This document shows positions 23,430-35,915 of a stretch of DNA of 64,000 nt, one piece after another. The position numbers and the translations under genes are program-made. Within the stretch, counting starts at the first letter, position 1; the number at the start of each line of letters is the position of its first letter. The DNA is from Paragordius varius (taxonomy: Eukaryota > Animalia > Nematomorpha). The DNA is taken from assembly GCA_964247055.1 (NCBI GenBank), contig OZ176055.1, positions 6,944,001 to 7,008,000 of the forward strand, read 5' to 3'. A model generated the notes under the pieces. That model was not told where the DNA came from and made no database searches. It saw only the letters and a list, made by a program, of their open reading frames with translations.

Positions 23430-25739
23430 ATGAGCCTAAAATATTTAAAAGAAACAAACAATAATGAAATTATTGATAGAAGAAGTACTTAATTAATTTT
23501 ACATAAAGCCAAGTATTTGCAAATGCCTATTCAGGAAAAAAGAAAATTATATCAATGCGAAAAGTATTATTTGGGAGATGATTTGATTCCATGGAGTTCC
23601 ATCGATAGTTATGATATCTTATAAATCTCTAGCTACCTCAGATACTAAATCCCTTTTCAAAATATTTCCTGACATAAATCAAAAAGTGTATTTTTTTAAG
23701 GGTGACATAACATCTCTCGAAATCGATTGCATAGCGAATGCAGCCAATAAAACTCTTTTAGGAGGTGGAGGTGTTGATGGTGCAATTCACCGAGCAGCCG
23801 GTCCAGAACTTAAAGAAGAATGCGCTACTCTTGGTGGTTGTGAAACAGGTGATGCTAAAATAACAGGCGGTTATGCCTTACCAGCTAAGTGGGTCATTCA
23901 TACGGTCGGTCCTCAAGGCGAACACCCGGAAAAACTTGCCCAGTGTTATCAAAATTGCTTAAAGTAATTTTTTTAAACCCAGACGATTTATTGATTTAAA
24001 TTTTTATTTGCTTAAATTAATCTTACTTATACAACTTGTATTTTCATACAGGGTACGTTCCCTATCATCAATCCTCCTTAAATAAACGCTATTTTAAAAA
24101 CTAATTATTTTATGCCGAAATTATGCTCTTTTTATAAATTGAAAATATGGTCTAGCTTTAAGTTATAGGGTAGAATTTCTTAAATTGAACTTTAACTATA
24201 ATTGCATTAATAATCGACTGTTACCGCCGGCTTTTAAAATAATTGTTCTAAACTTTTAATACAAAATTGTAACCGATTAAAATTAACAAAAAATAATGTT
24301 TGAAGTAATGTTAAAATCGTATATTTATTATTGTTGTTAATTCAACTTAAACGGCCAATCTTATTTTTTTTAGTCTAATTAACTTCTTGTATTTATGAAT
24401 GATATTGTAATTATATGCGATCATATCGGTTATCATGCTTTGACCGTCTATTTTAAACCTACCCCAACATGTGGGTATCATGAGCCAAAAAAATAAAAAT
24501 AGATCTCTTAACTATTTTTAGACATATATTAGTAAAATAAGATTATTTGATATAAAAAATGAATAATAATTCAGATTTTCCGTAAAATTTATTTTTGTTT
24601 AAAAAAGTGTTATGTGCGGGTATGTCACATTTTATAAATGATACATATTATGTTTACATTATAAATTTAACATATTTTATACTAATTAAATATTTTAATT
24701 AAAAAAGTTTGAATTTACTCTATAGGGTATTATATAGTTCTTTTGACACATATTTGCTATAATTTTTAAGGTTTGCTTCTTAGTATGAAATGATTTATTT
24801 CCTATTATTTGGATTTTTTAATTAAAATTTAATAATATATAAATACCAAATATTAACATGTATATATAATTACATTCTTAATTATATAATAATGGATTTA
24901 TTGTTTCCCAAAAAATAAAGGTAGTTAATTATTTATTCAAATATATATATTTATTTATGGATAACAAATATAGGAAAAACGAAATTTATAGCACGGCGCG
25001 TTTTTATCTTATATAGTTATCGAGCTTTAATATACAATCAAATTTAAAATTATATAGACAAAATGCATGTACAATTCAAATATTATTTATTTAAAGAAAT
25101 TATACTGTTTTAAAACATTGATTTTTTCCCATAAAAACTATTTATGATCACGCTTTTGAATTACATAATATTGAGTTTATTTTTGCAACACAAATTGGTG
25201 ATTTACATTAACAAAAATTAAGGATTAAAAAGTATGGTTACTGTTTTTTAGATTTTAATTCTATTTTTGTCTGTATAATTATAATTTTTAATGTATTTTT
25301 ACACCTCATATTATTATCATCAAAGCATTTTCGAGATTAAAGGCAGCTGAATTTGAGATAGGTTGATATTTTTTTATCAATTGTTTCTGTTTTCCGTATC
25401 TTTTATTTTTAATTTGCCCTCAGTAAGGTCGTCATTTATATTACTGAGCCAGATATAATAATGTTTACTTATATATATATATATATATATATCTTTTTTG
25501 TTTTTCATAATAGTTTAATGCGAAATAAAAATCTCAAATCAATTGCATTTCCATGCATATCTACCGGAGTTTATGGATATCCCAATGAAAAGGCCTGTCA
25601 AGTTGCACTTAACACAGTACGACTTTGGATGGAAACGGATCGGGGTTACATGGATGTCGATAACGTTATTTTTTGTCTCTTTCTTCCAATCGATGTTGAG
25701 GCCTACGCGAAAAATATGCCCATATATTTTCCGAAATAA
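23430..25739 (+). CDS. MACROD2: MacroD-type mono-ADP-ribosylhydrolase / O-acetyl-ADP-ribose deacetylase, 236 aa, 4 exons
   Basis: Exons 23430-23484, 23509-23607, 23633-23963, 25514-25739 (711 nt). Motifs [62 protein letters not shown]; the upstream [14 protein letters not shown] segment matches the MacroD N-terminal extension. The symbol denotes a MACROD1/2 co-ortholog. Confidence 0.92.
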
Positions 25740-27334
25740 ACAAAATTCATTTTCAAAACAAAATTCATTTTCACATATTGTACATTGTTTGTATAAATTG
25801 AATATATTATTATAGTCACAAATTTTAGATTATTTGGAATATATACTTTAAATAATTATACCTGATAAAAGTTTAATAGATAAATTTCATTATTATTGAA
25901 ATGTATTTTTTAAGAAAATTTGCTGTTGGAGCTATGAAAAGCTTTCAATTAATGTTAATTTATTTAAGTAGCCTATGACAACCTTTCAATTGAATGATTT
26001 TTTATTTGCAATATTTTTTTAAATAATCAATATATTAAAAAACGGAAATGTTGACTCTCACCATTTTAAGAATATTGAAATATATATAAAATATTCTTAC
26101 ATGTCTGGATGCGCAGTTTATAATTGATTCATTTATTTGAATCGGCGTCTCAGTTACGCGCCATCTCCAGTAAAATTACTTTTTTTGGGAAAAATTCATA
26201 AAACTGTTTTTTAAAAACCATTTTTTCGAGAAAATATGTGAAAATACATATGACATTAATGGTTCTACATATATTTCTTATAATATAGTAAAGATCCTTT
26301 TTTTAAATTAGCTCTGAGTTTAGACCCAGCCCATATAAAGTATTAAGCAGTCCCGAAAAAAGTATCGATCCAAATCAATTATTGGCATCATACATTTCAT
26401 TGATTCGCTAATTATGATTGGGCCTTTTTTAAAAAGTCCCTAGCCCTCTCTCGGAAAGTACAAAATGGGTGTTTTGACGCTTTCTAAAAAACGTGTGTAG
26501 GATTATTTATGTATAATAAATGGTGTTTTATTATTTATAATTGCGCGTGCGAGCCACTTTTTTAAATTAGCCCTACAGTCCACAAGAATCTTGTCTACCA
26601 GCTTTGAGAAAAACAGATAAACCCATTTTTTATTCACTTAAGAATGCTCTAAATATTGTCGAGTATTTTAGAATCAGTCCCACCCTTAAATAAACGTTTT
26701 ATACAAAAAACTTACGTAAGAATATTATAAAATTATACAAGACTGATCATAATATTCAAGGTCGTAGTAATTTCTCTTATAAAATATTATAAGTTAGCGC
26801 TTTTTCTAATTAGACCCTCAGCTCACCCTTACCGTTTTTAAAAAGTAGCGTTTACTTGGCCTAAGAATTATTTTTTAAAGCAATTTATGGAAAACACATC
26901 TAACCATATGAATTACTAATGGCCTTATGTATATCCCTTATTTCCTCGTAGATTATAGTCCAGCATCCTGAATTAGGTACCAGATAGTATCCCAACCTAA
27001 ATTTCACTCCTCAAATACTCCAGGAAGACGCCTATTTAAAATCAAGTATGACCATTTACATTTCTTTCTCAATATGCGAATAGTCAGATGAAATTTTTGG
27101 AAAATTGATTCTTTAATTTTAACTAAATCCCAGCACCGCGACATGTGGTTTAACGCAATTTCTGGGAAACTAAGCCCTGTATCATAGAGTCGACCTTTTG
27201 TAAATTATCTTTTGAAATTATCCTCATTTGTTAAATTATGTCTTTTGCCTAAAAACTGAGTTTTTAAAAGAAAATAATTAATATTTTTGAAAAAATATGA
27301 AAGATGAATTAAATAAGGTGCTTCCAAACAAAAA

Positions 27335-27711
27335 CAGTGGCGTACCGAGCATTTGCGGCGCCCGGGGCATTAAACTTTTATGGCGCCCCTACCCCCTTTT
27401 TTTAAAATAATAAAACAATTTGGTAAAAAAAAATACAAACGTTGTAACTTAAACACCATAGATAAGACAGCACAGTCAAATAAATTTTAAATCCATTAAA
27501 TATATACTAAATTTATTCAATGGTACTAATTAGGTGAATAATAGAGTATATATTATAGGGATTATTACCTAAATTGCTGAAAAATCTCATTTGAAAGTTC
27601 TTATAATTTTTGCATAATTAAAATTTAATTTTAAAAAATCATTTAGGCGCCCCTAAATAACGGCGCCCGGGGCATGATGCACCCCCTTGCCCCTCCCTCG
27701 GTACGCCCCTG
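27335..27711. mobile_element. hAT-type MITE
   Basis: TIRs cagtggcgtaccgag / ctcggtacgcccctg; perfect 8-bp TSD aacaaaaa (27327-27334, 27712-27719); subterminal cggcgcccggggca at both ends. Confidence 0.85.
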
Positions 27712-29416
27712 AACAAAAATATCGAGTACTATATTAAAATTATGGCTTCATACAATAGAATAAGCCCACTGTATCTATACCACCTATAAAACATATTTTA
27801 GGCAAAAACATCCATTGACAGTCGCTAAAATAAAGTCTTCGACACTAGCCATAAAATTCTAGCTATTTTAAAATATTACCCTTATCCGGAAACATATAAA
27901 TTTTCGCAAAACGTGTAGGCCCAATCAATACAATAAATAATAGGTCTATTTTTTAAATGCGCCTATTGTAACCCACTTTTGCACAAGCAATTATCAAAAG
28001 TTGCAAGATTATATGAATACCCTAAATATCTGTTCGATAGTTTTGATATTAAATTAAAATAAAATTTTAAGCGCATTTGTATAATAGCATTAAATTGAAA
28101 TGAAAAAAATGAAGGATGATACATTTATTTTATAACTTATATACTTTTCGAATTTATTATATTTCGACTAATCACGGCGACGCGTGACAGGTTTTGAATA
28201 GTTATATGAAATAAATATAATTTTAAAAAATTAGTAACATGGTTAGCTTTTTTCAGGATCCTACGATTACACCGTTTTACATGTGATTTGATGCATGTTG
28301 TAACGATATTTGCATTCTTGATTTTTACCTTAAAATAGAAAATATAACAAGGAAAATTTAATTAAACCGAAATGGCAAATTCAGGCAAACCTGTGGTAAT
28401 AAAACTGTAATTTTAAATTATCATTCAGAAACTCTAATGCATATATGTAAAATATGTATTACCATTTATATTGAATTTATTTAAAAAACTATTTTTATTT
28501 TATATAGGTCATGAGATCCTTAAAACGTTGTTTAATAAATATTTGGGTCCGATTGGCAAATTCCTTTTTTACACTTTACTGATACGAAATATCAATAAAA
28601 ATTATTTTGTTTATATTTTCCTGTGTAAATTTGTAACAAAAGTGTTTGATCCCCATAAAGATAAATATCGCGCAAAAATAATATTATATATCGTTAATCT
28701 AAAAAAAGGATTAGTAATTATTTGCCATAACGATTAGCGCAGTATTAATAATCCATAGTTTTTTTAAATTTGCTGTATGGTAACATATATTCAATACATA
28801 ATGATCTTTTCAAGTAATATAACACAGGGCCAATTTTTAGTTTTTAGTAATGTGACCAGATATTTTGAACTTGGACGCAGTACAAAATTAAAACATATTT
28901 TGCCTGTTTTTACACCATCGGTGGGATATATTTCAAAGTTTCCACAAAAAATATCCTGATGATATGTATATATTCTGATAGGAAAATATCAGGATTATAG
29001 TGGTGCTTTTGGTTTTAACCTTTACGAATTATTAAAGATATTTACACTTTTGTAGCAGGTGCTCCGTATAATTGCAAAAGGTGCGCAATTTTTTCAAATA
29101 TATTTTTTGGTGAAAGCTAAATGCTTAATTTCAAACAATATCACTAAAATATAACATAAACTACATATAGCAAAAAATAGTTTTAAAAATTTTAGATGTG
29201 GGCTCTGCACCAAATTTTTTGGCTTTTTTAAAATGGACTGTTGCAAAAATCCGACATTGTGCTCTATTTTTACATATATACTAAATTTTGATATTAACCA
29301 AATATATTTTTCAAAAAATATACACTTTCAAAAATTTAATTTTATCAAAATTTTGTTTAAGCGTAGTATTTCATATTATTTTTAACATGATGGAAACAAT
29401 ATAAACGGTTGAGATG

Positions 29417-29710
29417 TGTTATGCACATCTGAAAGATATACTTTATTTTTATAATATTTTTCTGTGTTATATGCAAATGTGAAATACATACTTTGGTTAT
29501 ATATCATAACTTTCACCGTTATTTGAATTGTATTATTTTTTATATTTTTTGTGTTATATGTAAATATATAACCTTTATTACTTGAAATTTTATTGATATA
29601 ATGCAAATCATGGACAGTTAAAATTGCTATATATACACCTTAAAAAACCAAATAAATAATTCAGTTCATTTCACATTTCTTATATTATCTCTTTATTTTA
29701 AAAGATAACA
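29417..29710 (+). repeat. 5' LTR
   Basis: Direct repeat of 33710-34003; differs at LTR position 10 (c vs a). Confidence 0.97.
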
Positions 29711-29711
29711 T

Positions 29712-29725
29712 TGGTGGCCAAGACG
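29712..29725 (+). promoter_or_regulatory. primer-binding site
   Basis: TGGTGGCCAAGACG 1 nt after the 5' LTR, complementary to a tRNA CCA end; the priming tRNA was not identified. Confidence 0.7.
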
Positions 29726-29777
29726 AGTACCGAACTAAGCTAGTGCTAGTGGAGGTCTTACTGATACCCAATCGAAC

Positions 29778-32700
29778 ATGACAACGCCAATCAATCTCGC
29801 TAACCTATGCATCGAAAAATATAATGATAATATTAAGTTTGAGGAATACGTTGAGTATATGACAAATGTTATGGAGGCAAAAGATATCCCGGTAACAGAA
29901 CAAGCCCTCAAAACAACCTTGCTTGCGTATGGAGGTCTAATGGTGGTACGCAAAATCAACCAACGACTCTATCCGAAAAAGATAAAAGATGCAGAATGGA
30001 CCGAGATAATGGCAACGGGTTTAAAGGTATTCAATCCCACAAAGTCGAAATTCCAAAGCAGATTTGAGTTTTTTCGACTTGTGCGGAACAACACCGAATC
30101 GTTTACCCAATTTCTAGAACGGGTAAAAATCGCAGCCGAAGAGGCAAAATTTAAGGATTCAATAGAGGAACGGATTCGGGATGCCTTCGTCATTGGGTTA
30201 CGGCAACCACAATTGGAAATTGACATACATTCAAGGTATCCCGATGCCGAGATCAACGGACAACCCGTGCCTCTAGAAACGATAGTGGATCTCGCACTAG
30301 CACACGAGGCTGCCAGGGCTGGCCTTCATAACAATAATGATAATACTAATTATAACAATGGTAATAATTTAAATCGATTACAACACACCAATAATAATAA
30401 TAAGGCCATGCGTTCACGACAGCCAACAGCAAAACCCCTAACACATTCGTGCAATCGTTGTGGTAATAGCCATGGACCAAACAAATGTCCTGCCTGGAAC
30501 CGCAATTGCAATAAATGCGGAAAACCTCATCACTTCGCAAAAATGTGTAGATCAAAAAACACTGCCAAAAATTTGTTCAACCGCCAGATCCATAGAAAAG
30601 CAATGCCAACCTCACCATGGACCGTAAAAATAATGATAAACAACACAGAACAAACGTTTATCTATGATACTGGAGCTGACATTAGTGTTATCAGCTTTGA
30701 CACCTGGAAACAAGTTGGCAAGCCAAATATTAGACCCATACCGCCAGTAAAAGCCTACAATAATAGCATAGTACCTCTACTGGGCGTAACAACAGTCACA
30801 GTGCAAATCAATGGGCAAAACTTGGGGAACGCAGAATGTTGTGTATTGAAAGAAAAAATGTCAAAGGCACCGCTTATTTGTGGCTTGGATTGGATCACGA
30901 GATTTAACATCGACATTCCTAAAGTACGAATTAACTTTCTTAAACTTGATAAAATTATTGAAAATTTCCCTAATCTATTTAAAGAGGAATTAGGTTGTTA
31001 CATAGAGCCAGTTACAATTCATATAGCACCCAATGCCTCCCCCAAAGTTTGGCCTTGCCGCCGAGTACCGTTTCCCCTAAGAGCAAAAGTTGAAAATGAA
31101 TTACTAAGATTACAAAAGTTAGACATTCTGGAGCCTATAGATCCCAACCTTACACCTCTGACATGGGCCACGCCCACCGTTAATGTGCTCAAAGCGAATG
31201 GAGAGGTAAGAATTTGCAGCGATTTCAGAGTTACCATCAACAAGTGGCTCACTGAGGACTCTCATATCATTCCAACGTTTGATGATTTAGTGAGTAAGAT
31301 TGGCGAAGGCCAAGTTTTCACTAAGATTGACTTGAAAGATGCCTATCTACAAATGCCCATAACCAAAGAATCACAAGATCTCTTGACAATTGCGACTCAC
31401 AAAGGATTTTTTCGCTACAAAAGGATGCCTTTCGGACTGTCAACAGCACCAATAATTTTCCAACGAGTCATGGACCAGGTTATAAAAGATTGTCCCGGCA
31501 CTTGTGCATATCTAGATGATGTTTTAGTAACTGGCAAATCTGAAGAGGAACATTTAATAAATCTTAATAATGTTTTAAATCGGTTAGAATTAGCAGGTTT
31601 TAGATTAAGAAAAGATAAAATAAAAATTGGTGAACCTTCAGTAAGTTATCTGGGATTTGAGATAAGTAATAAAGGTATAAGTCCTTGCAAGAATAAAGTA
31701 AAAGCAATCAATGATTTTAAAAAACCTGTGGATAAAAAATCTTTAAGAAGTTTTCTAGGATTTTTGACGTTTCATGAAAGATTTATACCCAAGCTTCAAT
31801 TGATTGTAAGTGACTTACATAGTTTAACAAGTAAGAACGTCAGATGGAACTGGTCGGAAAAACATGAGAATTATTGGAAAGCCGCTAAGGAATTATTAAG
31901 TGAACAAGTATTTTTAACACCATACAATCCGGATAGAAAGTTAGTAATTGAAACCGATGCCTCAGATATAGGGTTTGGATGTATTCTAAGTCATGTTGTA
32001 AATGGTGAAAGGAAACCCATTGCCTATGGTTCAAGAAAATGTAGTACCGCAGAATCGAACTACTCCACGATAGAAAAGGAATTAAAGGCTATTGTTTTTG
32101 CATTAGAAAAGTTCCACAACTTCATTTATGGTAGAAAGTTTGAAATTTTGACAGACCACTTACCACTTGTTATGTTAATAAATAGGGATAGAAATTTGAA
32201 AGAAATTCAAAATGCGAAAGTTTTAAGATGGGTGAACCGTTTGAATGATTATGACTTTGAACTTAGTTATCAGGCGGGTCCCAAAAATAGAGCTGATTAC
32301 TTATCAAGATGTCCCAGTGATGATAATGTCGACACAATCGATAGAGATTACATGGTAACTAGATATCTTAGGTTTCTTAATTGTCATAACGTTCAGTTAA
32401 GTCGCGATGAAATTCGGAGAGAAACGGTTAAAGATAAAATTTTGCAGAAAGTAATTAAGGCGATTCATAACCAAGATTGGAGTGATGTTGAGTTGGCTGG
32501 GTTTACGAATCGGAAGGGAGAGATTTCGTACCAATACGGATTGCTCAGTTTAAACGATCGAATTATCATCCCAGAAAGCTTACAGGCAAATGTGGTCAAT
32601 TACTTACACAGCGGGCACAATAACGTAGAAACAATGAAAGCAATGGCAAGGTTTACCTGTTTTTGGCCAAAATTAGAGAACGATTTGGAAAGAAGATACA

Positions 32701-33698
32701 GTGAGTGTAGTTCATGTCAAGTAAACAAGTCAAGCCTAGTTGAAAATCCGACTTATCAATGGGATCCAAATGCTGCGATATGGGAGCGGTTACACATCGA
32801 TATAGCGGGACCAGTTGACGGGTATTATTGGTTGTTACTGATTGATAGCTCATCAAAATGGTCGGAAGGGTTCATGTTAAAACGGGTTAATTCGGTAAAC
32901 ATATTGCATAAACTCGAGGAAACCTTTGCCAGGTTTGGGTTTCCGAGGACGGTTATTAGTGATAATGCTTCTTATTTTAGTAATTCGTACTTCACATCCA
33001 CTCTAACAAACTTGGGTATTAAACACGTGAGGGTAACCTCCTATCATCCTAAAAGTAATGGGATGGTAGAAAGGTTAGTGGGGACCCTCAAGGGCAAGTA
33101 TAGAAAAATCAAAAATGATAATATTTCACCACAAGAAGCCTTCAATACCACTCTATGGTCGTATCGTAATTCAATACATGCGACTACAAAAGAAACCCCG
33201 TTTCAACTACTCTTCAAACGAGTATCTCAAACACCCCTCACCTGGATCAACACAAAAGCAACAATCTTAGACGCACCCCGTCCACGCCGTGAGTTCTCAA
33301 TAAACCAACCCATAATGATGAGAAACGAACAAAATCCTGGATGGCGAGCCGGCGATGTTGTTGATAGAATGGGTCTCCTTTCGTACAGTGTGTGGGATCA
33401 GGTAAACCAGAAGATTGTCAGAAAGCATGCAGATCAGTTGAAACACGTAGACCTACCGGCCAACTCAACCGCACCAAACAATAGTAATGATAGTAATATA
33501 GACAATAACAATAATAATAATGATAGTAGTATTGATAATAATAACAATAGTAATGACAATAATGATGATAAAATAAATGATAATAATAATGAAAGTAGCA
33601 ATGATAACATTAATAATAATAGTGACAATATCAATGCAAATCCGCACGAGCGTCGTTACCCCGAGAGAATTCGGCGGAAGCCGGTCCGGTTCTCTTAA
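29778..33698 (+). CDS. Gag-Pol polyprotein, 1306 aa, single frame
   Basis: Two Cys/His knuckles (CNRCGNSHGPNKC, CNKCGKPHHFAKMC), protease YDTGADIS, RT (KIDLKDAYLQ, YLDD), RNase H (TDASDIGFG, TDHLPL), integrase zinc finger and core (LHIDIAG, SDNA, SNGMVER); PR-RT-RH-IN order is the Ty3/gypsy arrangement. Confidence 0.97.
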   Translation: MTTPINLANLCIEKYNDNIKFEEYVEYMTNVMEAKDIPVTEQALKTTLLAYGGLMVVRKINQRLYPKKIKDAEWTEIMATGLKVFNPTKSKFQSRFEFFRLVRNNTESFTQFLERVKIAAEEAKFKDSIEERIRDAFVIGLRQPQLEIDIHSRYPDAEINGQPVPLETIVDLALAHEAARAGLHNNNDNTNYNNGNNLNRLQHTNNNNKAMRSRQPTAKPLTHSCNRCGNSHGPNKCPAWNRNCNKCGKPHHFAKMCRSKNTAKNLFNRQIHRKAMPTSPWTVKIMINNTEQTFIYDTGADISVISFDTWKQVGKPNIRPIPPVKAYNNSIVPLLGVTTVTVQINGQNLGNAECCVLKEKMSKAPLICGLDWITRFNIDIPKVRINFLKLDKIIENFPNLFKEELGCYIEPVTIHIAPNASPKVWPCRRVPFPLRAKVENELLRLQKLDILEPIDPNLTPLTWATPTVNVLKANGEVRICSDFRVTINKWLTEDSHIIPTFDDLVSKIGEGQVFTKIDLKDAYLQMPITKESQDLLTIATHKGFFRYKRMPFGLSTAPIIFQRVMDQVIKDCPGTCAYLDDVLVTGKSEEEHLINLNNVLNRLELAGFRLRKDKIKIGEPSVSYLGFEISNKGISPCKNKVKAINDFKKPVDKKSLRSFLGFLTFHERFIPKLQLIVSDLHSLTSKNVRWNWSEKHENYWKAAKELLSEQVFLTPYNPDRKLVIETDASDIGFGCILSHVVNGERKPIAYGSRKCSTAESNYSTIEKELKAIVFALEKFHNFIYGRKFEILTDHLPLVMLINRDRNLKEIQNAKVLRWVNRLNDYDFELSYQAGPKNRADYLSRCPSDDNVDTIDRDYMVTRYLRFLNCHNVQLSRDEIRRETVKDKILQKVIKAIHNQDWSDVELAGFTNRKGEISYQYGLLSLNDRIIIPESLQANVVNYLHSGHNNVETMKAMARFTCFWPKLENDLERRYSECSSCQVNKSSLVENPTYQWDPNAAIWERLHIDIAGPVDGYYWLLLIDSSSKWSEGFMLKRVNSVNILHKLEETFARFGFPRTVISDNASYFSNSYFTSTLTNLGIKHVRVTSYHPKSNGMVERLVGTLKGKYRKIKNDNISPQEAFNTTLWSYRNSIHATTKETPFQLLFKRVSQTPLTWINTKATILDAPRPRREFSINQPIMMRNEQNPGWRAGDVVDRMGLLSYSVWDQVNQKIVRKHADQLKHVDLPANSTAPNNSNDSNIDNNNNNNDSSIDNNNNSNDNNDDKINDNNNESSNDNINNNSDNINANPHERRYPERIRRKPVRFS

Positions 33699-33706
33699 GG
33701 GGGAAG
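33697..33706 (+). promoter_or_regulatory. polypurine tract
   Basis: aagggggaag just before the 3' LTR, overlapping the gag-pol stop codon. Confidence 0.8.
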
Positions 33707-33709
33707 TGA

Positions 33710-34003
33710 TGTTATGCAAATCTGAAAGATATACTTTATTTTTATAATATTTTTCTGTGTTATATGCAAATGTGAAATACATACTTTGGTTATATATCAT
33801 AACTTTCACCGTTATTTGAATTGTATTATTTTTTATATTTTTTGTGTTATATGTAAATATATAACCTTTATTACTTGAAATTTTATTGATATAATGCAAA
33901 TCATGGACAGTTAAAATTGCTATATATACACCTTAAAAAACCAAATAAATAATTCAGTTCATTTCACATTTCTTATATTATCTCTTTATTTTAAAAGATA
34001 ACA
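33710..34003 (+). repeat. 3' LTR
   Basis: Direct repeat of 29417-29710. Confidence 0.97.
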
Positions 34004-35389
34004 AGATGTTATAACGTTTTATATATATAATTCGATAATGCCAATTCTCAATCAAAATTTTGATTAAAATATTCGTTCGCTTTCAAATTTATGTTAATAA
34101 AAATTGTGTTTTTTACAAAAATTCACCAAAATTTGCAAGCAAAACCTTTAAATTAAAAACTTGAACCTATAGTAATGTTTAACATCATTGAATTATTTAG
34201 AAAAAGGGATTTATTACATATTAAAGCGTTAAACCGTTTCCATCATGCTTCAAAATAGTTTAAAGTACGCTTCAACAAAATATCTCAAATTTGTTTATGC
34301 AAAAAAATAAGACTAATAAAAAATAAAGTTTAGGAAAAAAATTATGTAATATCTTACATCTCACCTAATTAGTATAGAAAACGTAAAAACTCATAAATTT
34401 TAAATAAAAAAAGTTATCCGAAATCATATTATATGTTACGGGAATAAGAATTTTCTATATAATTTTCCGTTTGATAATTATAACAAAAAATGAACTTTCT
34501 AAACTTGATCAAACATTTATTAAAATATCATAAATTATTTTTGTTAATTTTAAATTTTGAGGCCTCTTTTGAAGCCCTGAAAAGAGCCATTCTGAATCGT
34601 ACTGTGTGGAGTCCGATATTTCTAGTTTTGCCACTGAGCGAAAGGCTGCAATCTTAAGTATCATGTATAATTCGATCAGAAATAAAATATTAACCAATTA
34701 CAAATAGGCCAATCTTAGTTTTTTACCGCAGGGTACTTTATTAAGTTTTAAAATATTTTTTATAAATAAATAAAAGGTTTTATAAAAAATTTTTAATTTC
34801 AAAAAGCAGTACAAAAGTGGGCGCAGTACAGGCGCAGTTTTTTTCTAAAAACCCAGTACTATACTGCGAAAAACAGCCTATCTGGTCACATTAGTTTTTA
34901 GCCATATCTAAAAAGATGCTTTCTTTAGCCTTTAGGCCTATACAAAAAGGTTTTTAAATGCAAAATTGCAAACCTATTTCAAACCTATTAGCCACCATTT
35001 GTTTTCCTTAAGTATTCTTCAATCGCTAATACTACAGGCTAATAAATGTATTATAAAAATGAAAATAGTTAACTTTTAAAATCTTTCAAGTTACATTTTA
35101 CCAAATACCTTATATTTAATTAAATATTTATTACTTTAGCTGTCCTAATTTTAGACTCTAGAAGTTGAAAATATAAAATATATAATTTCAGCTAATACAC
35201 AGGAAAAACAGTGTTTAATGATTAAATGACTAAAACAACTTTATAAAACTATTTGAATGTCCTCGTGTAAATAAAAAGTTACATATATATACATATATAT
35301 ATGAATAATGTTGCTTTGAAGCAATCAGTAAAATTATTATAAAGCATTGTGTGTGTGTATTGCTAAAGTCAAGGACTTTTTGCAATGTA

Positions 35390-35915
35390 AATACTTCATA
35401 AATGCGGTTTTTAGTTTAAGTGTTGAATTCTGCCAAGTGCATGGGTTTCTTGTTGAATATTGTCCATCCATCTTCCCCTTCTTCGGCCCCTTTTACGTGT
35501 ACCACTAACTTTACCCAACATCTAGCATTTTTCCATTAACTTAGATCTCGTAATATGGACAAAGTTGGATAGTTTGGAGCGGATGGACATTCCAAGCAAT
35601 GACATATCGGGATTGATTATTCAAAATTGCATGTGAGTAATTTTATCCGTTCATTTTATTTGTAAAGATTTTCTCCGCATCTACATTTCAAAGGAGTTAA
35701 TTATCCGTGTATCGGATTTTTTTGACGTCCAACCTTCACACTCGTAGAGAAAAGTTGAAAACGATTGCATCTGTAAGTCGAATTTTCGTTTTTAAACCGA
35801 CATCATGGGATATTTAAATTTTGTTATAATTATTTGCCGCCGTTTTGGCCATGATTATCCTTCGTTTTATCTCAGGAGTACAATTATTATCATCACGTAT
35901 AAGCTCCCGAGATAT
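35390..35915 (-). pseudogene. old RTE/BovB-like LINE 3' fragment
   Basis: Minus-strand translation with stops and a frameshift: GSLIRDDNNCTPEIKRRIIMAK...TKIRL...LYECEGWT...MLGKVSGTRKRGRRRGRWMDNI, the typical RTE C-terminus. Different in sequence from the 14804 copy. Confidence 0.75.

Larger units (their letters stand above)
29417..34003 (+). mobile_element. intact Ty3/gypsy (Mag-like) LTR retrotransposon
   Basis: 294-bp LTRs (TGTTAT...ATAACA) with one mismatch seen; 5-bp TSD agatg (29412-29416, 34004-34008); PBS and PPT present; uninterrupted gag-pol ORF. Confidence 0.97.
28848..34893. mobile_element. non-autonomous hAT-like element (Blackjack-like termini), host of the LTR retrotransposon
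   Basis: 15-bp TIR taatgtgaccagata / tatctggtcacatta; perfect 8-bp TSD gtttttag (28840-28847, 34894-34901); ~1.45 kb once the LTR element is removed. Confidence 0.75.

Noticed and set aside
23611-23967. ORF-track start (MISYKS...) as the true MacroD N-terminus
   Set aside because: Conserved MacroD N-terminal sequence lies upstream in another frame; the ATG sits inside the 25-nt intron.
29382-29606. Minus-strand ORFs here and at 33434-33899
   Set aside because: They are antisense readings of the LTRs and of the AAT-repeat tract.
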